The position numbers and the translations under genes are program-made. From contig JBEEHO010000087.1 of the NCBI GenBank assembly GCA_041167425.1, forward strand, positions 1 to 44,747: a stretch of 44,747 nucleotides of DNA. Reading direction: 5' to 3'. The stretch comes from Verrucomicrobiota bacterium. GTDB taxonomy: Bacteria > Verrucomicrobiota > Verrucomicrobiia > Chthoniobacterales > UBA10450. Of this stretch, positions 16,743-24,151 are shown piece by piece; position 1 is the first letter of the stretch; each line of letters opens with the position of its first letter. Below the pieces are notes generated by a model. That model was not told the DNA's origin. It saw nothing but the letters and a program-made list of their open reading frames with translations, and made no database searches.

Positions 16743-17123
16743 ATGCAAACGGCAATCGAAATCGCAAACCATCCCAAGGCGCGCCTGCATCGGGAACTGG
16801 TCGCGATCCTGCGCGCCTCCGGCAGCATCGAAGGCGCCGGACGGAGCTGGGTTCGCTTCCGCCTCGACCCGCTGCTCTGGAAACGGATTGTAACCTACGG
16901 ACTCTCACTGCCTGACAAACAATTGCAGTTAAACCAAATCGCCTTTCCGGATTTCAACGTCGCGGAGGTCGATGCGGCGCTTCAAGCGGGAAATAATTTA
17001 CCAAGACTTTACGAGCTGGCCCGTGGACGCGCCTCTATCGCGAAGGAGGCGACCGGTCATTACAAAACAGGAAGCAGGGGATTGAAGATCATAAGGCACG
17101 CGACTGCGATCAAGCTCACTTGA
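16743..17123 (+). CDS. hypothetical protein (126 aa); may not be a real gene
   Basis: ORF only, with no recognisable motif. GC content drops in its 3' half, and it lies in a segment containing gene remnants. Confidence 0.25.
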   Translation: MQTAIEIANHPKARLHRELVAILRASGSIEGAGRSWVRFRLDPLLWKRIVTYGLSLPDKQLQLNQIAFPDFNVAEVDAALQAGNNLPRLYELARGRASIAKEATGHYKTGSRGLKIIRHATAIKLT

Positions 17124-17420
17124 CCAACGTGTGACGCGATTCGTGGTCGTGGCACTGCTGAGTTTCGATCGTGACATGGACCAGCTCTTCATGCTCGCGC
17201 AAAAGAGCGCGATAAGTCTCATACGTCTTCGGCTCGTGCGCGACGATGGAAACGATAGCCGCGAATTTACCGCTGCCGACCTGCCAGACATGGAGATCCG
17301 TCACGGTCGAATCGTTATCGCTTTCGATGGCGCGGCGAATTTCGTCCGGCAACTCCGAAGTTGGTGGCGTGACATCGAGCAGGATCCCGCCGGTATCGCG
17401 CAAGAGCATGTAGGCCCATG
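17116..17420 (-). pseudogene. C-terminal remnant of a cation diffusion facilitator (CzcD/ZitB-type) transporter
   Basis: …SWAYMLLRDTGGILLDVTP…VTDLHVWQVGSGKFAAIVSIVAHE… matches the end of TM6 plus the cytoplasmic CDF domain. The six-TM N-terminal part is missing. Confidence 0.55.
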
Positions 17421-17653
17421 AAAAGATCTCGCTGGTAAACGGCGAACTTTGGGTTGGCAACTTCGGCGACGGACGCATCAACAATTACAATCCTGCGACC
17501 GGCGCGTTTCTGGAAACATTGAGCAAAACGGATGGGACGCCGCTCCAGTTCGACGGTTTGTGGGATCTGCTGCCCCTGGGTAACGGCGTTTATTTTACCG
17601 CCGGCATCGCCGATGAAGCGCACGGCCTCTTCGGCATTATCACGGAAGATTAA
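17414..17653 (+). pseudogene. C-terminal remnant of a TIGR03118-like beta-propeller protein
   Basis: Frame open from the stop at 17411-17413 with no start codon. It reads …LVNGELWVGNFGDGRINNYNPATGAFLETLSKTDGTPLQFDGLWDLLPLGNGVYFTAGIADEAHGLFGIITED*. It is not in the ORF track. Confidence 0.55.
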
Positions 17654-17766
17654 GTCGTGATGGAAGAGCAGGAAAAATCCGTTCCACTTCGCAGGATGAA
17701 TTCCCTGGCGGTGTACGATGCGCCTGCTGCCACATCAGTTCGAAGAGCTACTCGCTCACTATGCAG

Positions 17767-17803
17767 AAAGCCCGCCGGGGAGAAGCCGGCGGGCTTTCGC
17801 TTT
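17767..17803. terminator. GC-rich hairpin between convergent units
   Basis: GAAAGCCCGCCGG (17767-17779) pairs perfectly with CCGGCGGGCTTTC (17786-17798), followed by GCTTT on the + strand. It lies 26 nt beyond the pstS2 stop. Confidence 0.5.
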
Positions 17804-17828
17804 AGCGTGACTGCGTTGTCCTGCTGCC

Positions 17829-18641
17829 CTACGGAATTGGAACGAAGCCGACCTGGCCGACGATCTTCTGGCCACCGCCGCTGATGGTGAAATCGAGGAA
17901 CTGTTTCGCGAGTCCGCTAGGATCGCCGTTGGTGTAATAAAACGTCGGACGGGCGTACGGGTACGTCTTCGCGTGCACCGTCTGCACGGAAGGCAAAACG
18001 CCGTCGATCGACATGACTTTGATGCCGCCGGCCTTCGTGTAAGCGAGACCGACGTAGCCGACGCCATTTGCATTTTTTCCCACTTCCGCGGCGATCTGTT
18101 CGTTGCCCGCCATTTTTTGCGAGCCGCCGGCGTAATCGCGCTTCTTCATCGCCAGCTCCTTGAAATCGGAGTAAGTGCCCGACGAAGTGTTACGGGTGTA
18201 AACGGAAATCTTTCCGCCGGAACCTCCGAGTGCACTCCAGTCAGCCACTTCGCCGGTGAAGATCTGCTCCACCTGCTTTTTGGTCAGGCTCTTGATCGGG
18301 TTCGCCGAATTCACGATCACGGCGATGCCGTCGTAGGCGACGATGGTTGGTTTCAGATGCACTCCCTTCGCCGTGGCGGTGCCGACTTCGGCGGACTTCG
18401 CGCGCCGGCTCGACATGCCGATCTGCGCCGTGCCGTCGAGGATCGCCGCGATGCCGGTGGTGGAACCTTCTGCCGCGATGTCGAAGGTGGTGCCGGGATG
18501 TTGGGCCTTAAATTGCTCGGCGAGCTGCGGCACGAGCTTGGCGCCGAGTGTGTCGGAGCCTTTGATGACCAATTTTTCGGCGCGAGCCTCAGTGGAGAGA
18601 AAGGCGAGCCCGAGCGTGAGAGCGAGATGGATGATTTTCAT
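17829..18641 (-). CDS. pstS: phosphate ABC transporter substrate-binding protein (copy 2)
   Basis: Signal peptide MKIIHLALTLGLAFLSTEARA. Collinear with copy 1; by eye roughly four-fifths of mature residues are identical. Confidence 0.9.
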   Translation of the reverse strand: MKIIHLALTLGLAFLSTEARAEKLVIKGSDTLGAKLVPQLAEQFKAQHPGTTFDIAAEGSTTGIAAILDGTAQIGMSSRRAKSAEVGTATAKGVHLKPTIVAYDGIAVIVNSANPIKSLTKKQVEQIFTGEVADWSALGGSGGKISVYTRNTSSGTYSDFKELAMKKRDYAGGSQKMAGNEQIAAEVGKNANGVGYVGLAYTKAGGIKVMSIDGVLPSVQTVHAKTYPYARPTFYYTNGDPSGLAKQFLDFTISGGGQKIVGQVGFVPIP

Positions 18642-18673
18642 ATGGTGAAGTGAGGTTGCGTATGCCTAACGAG

Positions 18674-20155
18674 TTAGAATTTTACGTTCAAGTCGGCTTG
18701 GAAGATGTTGTATTTTCTTAGTGGGTTGATGCTGAAGGCATCGCCCACGCCGCCCGTCCCGAGAGCGCGATCGGCCTGCTGGCCATAGCCATAGGTGAGG
18801 TTAAAGATAACGGCGTCGCTGATGGCGTAGCCGGCCTGGATCGCGAAGCCTTCCATGTTCACGCGGCTATCAAAGAGGTCCGAATCCACCAGGTTCGGAT
18901 CGAGCGCGTACTGGTCGACGTGCTGATAGAAGCCCTGGATCTGCCAGTCATGTTTCTGCTTAATTTTCCCAACTCCAAGACCGATCTGCCAGGCATAGCG
19001 ATCGCCACCTTTATCCGGATGACCAGCGGCGGCGGCGCGCGCATCGCCTTCCAGATTCACCGCGAAATCGCCGAAGAGGCGCATCGGCATTTCTCCAATC
19101 TTCCACCCGAATTCCACCGGCACGTCAAAGACGAGCAGGCTGTTTATGCCGGTCTGATTAGGCGTAATGATGGCGCCGCCTCTCCGGAAATTCGGATCGC
19201 CCGAGAAAAAGACATTAAAGGTGTCGCCGGCGCCGGTGTAGTTGTAGAGCGTCGGCGCCATCTGGAGGTAAATGTCTTTGGTGAAATTGAACTTCGCTCC
19301 GACCTGCCAGGCCAGCAGGTAGGCATCGGTGTTCGGCACGAAGTTGCCTCCACTCACCCCGCGCGGGCCAACGGGATCTTCCGGGTTCGAATCGTCGTAA
19401 ACGAACTGCGCCAGGTTCGCGAAAAGTTCGAGAGTCATCCTGGTGGGCTCGGATGCGATCGCGGCAACGGTCTTTCCGTCTTTCGAGTCGGTGGACGCCG
19501 TGGTTTGTCCGCCACCGAACGAAAAGTTGAAGGTATGTTTCCATTGCTCCGCGATGCCTTCCGGATTGATGTCCGCATCCCACAGCATCGAAGTGGTGAC
19601 GAGCGGATTGGGCATTCGGCCGGCGGTCAGGGTCACATCGTGAATCCCTTTGTACCCGAGATAGACCTGCCCGACGTTGATCCCATCGCTTCCCTTGGAA
19701 AACGGACCGCCGCTGGTTTCATCTCCAATCGTCACATTCGTCGAACGCGAATTGCTGCTCGTCTCCAAACGCAGGCCGAAGAACCAATCGTCCGCGAGCG
19801 TGCCGCGGAGACCGAGGCGCAAGCGATAGCGCGCGCGATTGCGCTGGGTGTGTTCTCCCGCCGGAGTGATGGCGTCGGGCGACCCGGCCTCGGCCGTGCG
19901 GACTTCGTAGCGCACCCGCGCGTCGCCGTATAACTCGATCTCGGTGATCGGGGTCGAGAGTTTTAACTTGCCCGCCGCGGTAGAGGCCGCGTCTTTCGTG
20001 AGCTCGCTGCGCACTTCCTCTGCTTCCTGATCGGTGATGACACGCTTTTTCACCAGCAGATCGAGCAATGCGCCCGCGTCCTGCGCGCGGGTCGTGACGC
20101 TGCCGGTGACCAGACTGGTGGCCATCGCAATTAAGACGAAATATTTCCGTAACAT
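18674..20155 (-). CDS. outer-membrane beta-barrel porin (phosphate-selective role inferred from context)
   Basis: Signal peptide, an N-terminal helical segment (LLDLLVKKRVITDQEAEEV), alternating beta-strand pattern and a C-terminal …ADLNVKF. It lies 32 nt upstream of pstS2 and downstream of the Pho-box array. Confidence 0.7.
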   Translation of the reverse strand: MLRKYFVLIAMATSLVTGSVTTRAQDAGALLDLLVKKRVITDQEAEEVRSELTKDAASTAAGKLKLSTPITEIELYGDARVRYEVRTAEAGSPDAITPAGEHTQRNRARYRLRLGLRGTLADDWFFGLRLETSSNSRSTNVTIGDETSGGPFSKGSDGINVGQVYLGYKGIHDVTLTAGRMPNPLVTTSMLWDADINPEGIAEQWKHTFNFSFGGGQTTASTDSKDGKTVAAIASEPTRMTLELFANLAQFVYDDSNPEDPVGPRGVSGGNFVPNTDAYLLAWQVGAKFNFTKDIYLQMAPTLYNYTGAGDTFNVFFSGDPNFRRGGAIITPNQTGINSLLVFDVPVEFGWKIGEMPMRLFGDFAVNLEGDARAAAAGHPDKGGDRYAWQIGLGVGKIKQKHDWQIQGFYQHVDQYALDPNLVDSDLFDSRVNMEGFAIQAGYAISDAVIFNLTYGYGQQADRALGTGGVGDAFSINPLRKYNIFQADLNVKF

Positions 20156-20244
20156 TTGTTCTCCTTGTTCGTGCGGTTGGGTTAGGCCCGCGGAGCGTTG
20201 GGCTCAGCGGTATTTGTTTGCACGCGGCGAAGCTAAAGAACGAT

Positions 20245-20284
20245 TGTGACGGATGGATGGCGGTCAGGTGACAGTTGCGTGAAT
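20245..20284 (-). promoter_or_regulatory. candidate Pho box array upstream of the porin-pstS2 operon
   Basis: The minus strand reads ATTCACG caac TGTCACC tgac CGCCATC catc CGTCACA: four 7-mers at an exact 11-bp period, 90-130 nt upstream of the porin ATG. Confidence 0.5.
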
Positions 20285-20306
20285 TTCGCGGGAGCTGCGA
20301 TTCGCT

Positions 20307-20380
20307 TGTAGCCACGGCCCTCTGCGCCGTTCGGTGAACGCGACGGAAGAAGGGAGACGGCCCGCAGGGCCGTCGCTACA
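20307..20380. repeat. family C palindromic element, copy 1
   Basis: TGTAGCCACGGCCCT … GGCCCGCAGGGCCGTCGCTACA. The same termini occur at 34322-34398. A separate hairpin GGACGCGC-ggaa-GCGCGTCC follows at 20385-20404. Confidence 0.7.
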
Positions 20381-20459
20381 GCGCGGACGCGCGGAAGCGC
20401 GTCCGTCCGAGTTAACGCGCTTGGATATTCCGAAACGCTTTCCTAAGCTTCAAAACCTC

Positions 20460-22163
20460 GTGCATCCGAAAGAAGATTACGTCCTCAAGCTCCTCGAAGA
20501 TGCGGGGCTCGTGACCCGTTCGCAGATCGACCAGGCCCGATCGAAATTGAACGGAGCGACGAACCTCGTCGATGTGCTCGTGAAAGATGGGGTCGTTTCC
20601 GAGGCGGACGTTTCCCGCAGCCTCGCCGCCCAGGCCCACATGGATTGGGTCGATCTTTCGGCCAAGGTCATTCCGCCGGAAGTGATCAAACAAATCCGCG
20701 CGGAAGACGCGCGGCGATTCAAAGTCATTCCGGTCGGCTTCGGCGAGACGGGCTTGACCGTAGCGGTGAGCGATCCGCTCGATATCGATACGATCGACAG
20801 CCTGAGCTTCTTGTTGCAGCGCGAGATCGAGCTCGTCTGCGCCAGTCCGGAAAAAATCCGGCAGGCCTTGATCAAATATTATGGGACGGCCGACGAAGCT
20901 TCGGACGTCCTGGTCCAACAAATCGGACACGACGTGGATCTCGGGGTCGAGATCATGGAAGGCGGCGACCTCAGTGGAACGGATGAAGCGGACGCACCGA
21001 TCATCCGCATGGTTTCGATGCTGCTCATCGAAGCGCATCGGCTCGGCGCGAGCGATGTGCATCTCGAGCCGCTCGACAAAAAATTCCGCGTGCGCTTCCG
21101 GATCGACGGCGTCCTTCAGGAAATGCAGGCGCCACCGAAACGATTGCAATCCGCCATCGTCAGCCGGCTGAAAATCATGACCGGTTCGATGAGCATCGCG
21201 GAAAAGCGCCTGCCCCAGGACGGACGCATCCAGGTGAGAATCGCGCGGAAGCCGATCGACCTTCGCGTTTCCACGATCCCCACCAACCACGGCGAAAGCG
21301 TCGTCATGCGCGTCCTCGATAAATCGAGCCTGATGCTCGGTCTCCCCGAACTCGGATTTTTCAGCGACGACCAGGAAACCTTCGAGCGCTTGCTCCGCCT
21401 GCCGGATGGCATTCTCCTCGTGACCGGGCCGACCGGTTCCGGCAAGACGAGCACACTTTATTCGTGCCTCAATTTCATCAATAAACCCGACCGCAAGATC
21501 ATCACGGTCGAAGAGCCCATCGAGTATCAGATGAACGGCATCAACCAGGTGCAGGTGAATGCCGACGTCGGAATGACTTTTCCGGTCGCGCTGCGTTCCA
21601 TTTTGCGGCAGGCGCCCAACATCATCATGATCGGCGAAATTCGCGATATGGAGACGGCCACGATCGCCACCAACGCGAGCCTGACCGGGCATCTCGTCTT
21701 CAGCACGCTGCACACGAACGATGCGCCCTCGGCCGTGGCGCGCCTGGTCGATATCGGGGTGCAGCCGTTTCTGGTCGCTTCCTCCGTGCGGGCGATTATG
21801 GCGCAACGACTCGTTAGGCGTCTTTGCGCGAACTGCAAACAACCCGGGGAATTGAGCGAAACCGATCTGCGCGCTTTGAACCTGGACCCGTCCCAATTAA
21901 GCGAGGCACAGGTCATGAAGCCGGTCGGCTGCGAGCAATGCCGCAACACCGGTTACCGGGGACGGATGGGAATTTTCGAAATTTTCATCATCGACGATGA
22001 CGTGCGCCACATGATCAACAATCGCCGCTCCACTCTTCTCCTGCGCCAGCGCGCCCGCGAACTCGGCATGCGCACCTTGCGCGAGGACGGCGTGCGCAAG
22101 GTCCTCGCCGGGCTGACCTCGGCGGAGGAAGTGATTTCGATTACGCTCGGAGATGTGAACTAA
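20460..22163 (+). CDS. gspE: type II secretion / type IV pilus assembly ATPase (GspE/PilB family), copy 1
   Basis: T2SSE_N-like N-terminal domain, Walker A GPTGSGKTS, Asp/His boxes and a tetracysteine motif (CANC…CEQC). The start is uncertain (GTG 20460 or TTG 20421). The track start at 20334 would read through repeat C1. Confidence 0.85.
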   Translation: MHPKEDYVLKLLEDAGLVTRSQIDQARSKLNGATNLVDVLVKDGVVSEADVSRSLAAQAHMDWVDLSAKVIPPEVIKQIRAEDARRFKVIPVGFGETGLTVAVSDPLDIDTIDSLSFLLQREIELVCASPEKIRQALIKYYGTADEASDVLVQQIGHDVDLGVEIMEGGDLSGTDEADAPIIRMVSMLLIEAHRLGASDVHLEPLDKKFRVRFRIDGVLQEMQAPPKRLQSAIVSRLKIMTGSMSIAEKRLPQDGRIQVRIARKPIDLRVSTIPTNHGESVVMRVLDKSSLMLGLPELGFFSDDQETFERLLRLPDGILLVTGPTGSGKTSTLYSCLNFINKPDRKIITVEEPIEYQMNGINQVQVNADVGMTFPVALRSILRQAPNIIMIGEIRDMETATIATNASLTGHLVFSTLHTNDAPSAVARLVDIGVQPFLVASSVRAIMAQRLVRRLCANCKQPGELSETDLRALNLDPSQLSEAQVMKPVGCEQCRNTGYRGRMGIFEIFIIDDDVRHMINNRRSTLLLRQRARELGMRTLREDGVRKVLAGLTSAEEVISITLGDVN

Positions 22164-22187
22164 GGTATGGCGCCGACAAGATTCACT

Positions 22188-22303
22188 CTGGGGAGCGCAC
22201 GCGCCTCGCGTGCTGGTCTTGGCGCCTCGCCAAAACAATCTTCAGAAAAGTTCGCGATCGCGAGGGCGCAATCGCCAGCACGCGAGGCGCGTGCGCTCCC
22301 CAG
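22188..22303. repeat. family A palindromic element, copy 2
   Basis: CTGGGGAGCGCACGCGCCTCGCGTGCTGG … CCAGCACGCGAGGCGCGTGCGCTCCCCAG. It fills the gap between the two gspE genes and ends 9 nt before the second ATG. Confidence 0.85.
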
Positions 22304-22312
22304 AACCAGACC

Positions 22313-24001
22313 ATGAACGCGCAACAAATCGCCGACCTCTTCGTCGAGCAAAAAATCCTTCAGCCTTCGCAGGCAGACGACGTTTTGCAGGAGGCGAACC
22401 TCAACGGCAAGAACATCGAGCAGGCGTTGATCGACAGCGGCTTCGTGGATGAGCGCGGCTTTTATCAGGTCATCGCCGATGCGCTCGGAACCGATTTCGT
22501 CGAGCTGGGCGAAAAGGAAATCGCGCCCGAAATCCTGCGCCTCATTCCGGGAGGGCTCGCGCGGCTGCATCGGGCGCTGCCCGTCGCCGCAAGCGACAAC
22601 ACGATCAGGGTCGCGCTGGTCGATCCGCTGGATTTACGCGCCGCCGAGGATTTGCGCTTCGCGCTGGGGAAAGACGTGCACGTCGTCGTCGCTCCGATGG
22701 AACAGGTCGAAGAGCGGATCAAACGTTATTACGGGACCGACAGCTCGAGCATGGAGGACATCCTCAAGCAGCTCGGCGAAACGGGCGAGCTGCTGGCCTT
22801 GCGCGGGAAAGACGAAAGCACGCTCGCGGGGGAGGCCGAAGCGAACGCCACGCCGATCATTCGCTTTGTCGATTTGATTTTGTTCCAGGCGATCCAGGAC
22901 CGCGCGAGCGACATCCACTTCGAGCCGTTCGAAAACGAATTCAAGATTCGTTATCGCGTGGACGGCGCGCTTTACGAAATGGCGCCACCACCGCGTCATC
23001 TCGCGCTCCCCGTGATTTCGCGCGTCAAGGTAATGGCGAACATGAACATCGCGGAGCGCCGCCTTCCCCAGGATGGGCGCATCCAGAAAAATATCGCGGG
23101 TCGCACCGTCGATCTGCGCGTGTCGACTTTGCCCACCCAGTTCGGCGAGAGCGTGGTCCTCCGTGTTCTCGACCGTTCGACCGTGAACCTCGACCTCGAT
23201 TCTCTCGGCCTCCCCGATTATATCCGCGATTACATCATCGAAATCATCAATCGCCCGAACGGCATTTTCATTGTCACCGGGCCGACCGGCTCGGGAAAAA
23301 CGACGACGCTCTATTCGTGCCTGAGAAAAATTAACACCATCGATTCGAAACTGTTGACGGCGGAAGAACCGGTCGAATACGACCTCGAAGGGATCGTGCA
23401 GGTGCCGGTGAACGAAGCGATCGGCCTCACTTTTGCGCGGGCGCTCCGCGCTTTTTTGCGGCAGGACCCGGACCGCATCATGGTCGGCGAAACGCGCGAC
23501 CTGGAGACGGCGCAAATTTCCATCCAGGCATCGCTGACCGGGCACCTCGTTTTTACCACGCTGCATACGAACGACGCGCCGGGCGCGATCACGCGCCTGA
23601 TCGACATGGGCGTGGAGCCCTTTCTCATTTCCTCCACGCTCGAAGCGGTGCTGGGCCAGCGTTTGCTCCGCAGCATCTGCCCGCAATGCCGCACCACTTA
23701 TCAGCCGAGTGACACGCTGCTCTCGCAGCTCGGCCTGGCGCGGCGCGACATCGGCGAAAAGAATTTTTATTACGGCAAAGGCTGCGACGCGTGCAACCAA
23801 ACCGGCTACAAAGGCCGGAAGGGCATCTACGAATTGATGAAGATAACCGATCCGCTGCGCGAATTAATCAACGAGCGCGCGCCCAGCGTGGTGCTCAAGG
23901 AAAAAGCGATCGAGCTCGGCATGGTGAGCTTGCGGCAGGACGGCCTGCGCAGCATTTTCGCCGGCGACACCACGATCGAGGAGGTGCTCAAATACACCTG
24001 A
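22313..24001 (+). CDS. gspE: type II secretion / type IV pilus assembly ATPase (GspE/PilB family), copy 2
   Basis: Same architecture as copy 1: Walker A GPTGSGKTT and tetracysteine CPQC…CDAC. Confidence 0.9.
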   Translation: MNAQQIADLFVEQKILQPSQADDVLQEANLNGKNIEQALIDSGFVDERGFYQVIADALGTDFVELGEKEIAPEILRLIPGGLARLHRALPVAASDNTIRVALVDPLDLRAAEDLRFALGKDVHVVVAPMEQVEERIKRYYGTDSSSMEDILKQLGETGELLALRGKDESTLAGEAEANATPIIRFVDLILFQAIQDRASDIHFEPFENEFKIRYRVDGALYEMAPPPRHLALPVISRVKVMANMNIAERRLPQDGRIQKNIAGRTVDLRVSTLPTQFGESVVLRVLDRSTVNLDLDSLGLPDYIRDYIIEIINRPNGIFIVTGPTGSGKTTTLYSCLRKINTIDSKLLTAEEPVEYDLEGIVQVPVNEAIGLTFARALRAFLRQDPDRIMVGETRDLETAQISIQASLTGHLVFTTLHTNDAPGAITRLIDMGVEPFLISSTLEAVLGQRLLRSICPQCRTTYQPSDTLLSQLGLARRDIGEKNFYYGKGCDACNQTGYKGRKGIYELMKITDPLRELINERAPSVVLKEKAIELGMVSLRQDGLRSIFAGDTTIEEVLKYT

Positions 24002-24004
24002 GAA

Positions 24005-24140
24005 AAAGCTCCGAATTCTAAGCTCCAAGCATCAGAGAAATTCCAATCATCAAGCTCCAAACAACGCGAAAGAGGTTGCGATTAGTTTTATTAAAGTTTG
24101 GCGCTTCATTGGAGCTTGGATGTTGGAATTTGGAGCTTTA
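24005..24140. repeat. family D imperfect inverted repeat built from AAGCTCCAA units
   Basis: The left arm (24005-24062) holds AAGCTCCGA, AAGCTCCAA and AAGCTCCAA. The right arm (24097-24140) holds TTGGAGCTT twice. The centre is AT-rich. Confidence 0.6.
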
Positions 24141-24151
24141 GCGTAGCGCTC

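Noticed and set aside
20334-20459. N-terminal extensions of real genes in the ORF track: gspE1 from 20334, gspF from 24098, queD from 33916, trpA to 33070
   Set aside because: Each extension is a read-through of a repeat element (family C, D, B or the heptamer array). Better-matching conserved N-termini begin at the downstream starts.
20460-22700. c-di-GMP-binding MshEN motif in the N-termini of the two ATPases
   Set aside because: The spacing of hydrophobic and Gly positions in LKLLEDAGLVTRSQIDQA and LFVEQKILQPSQADDVLQEA does not fit the published RLGxx(L/V/I)(L/V/I)xxG(L/V/I)(L/V/I) pattern when checked by eye.
20412-23800. Long minus-strand ORFs (20412..21896, 494 aa; 22634..23800, 388 aa) antisense to the two gspE genes
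   Set aside because: These are shadow frames of strongly supported ATPase genes. Their translations are Arg/Asp/His-rich with no domain features.
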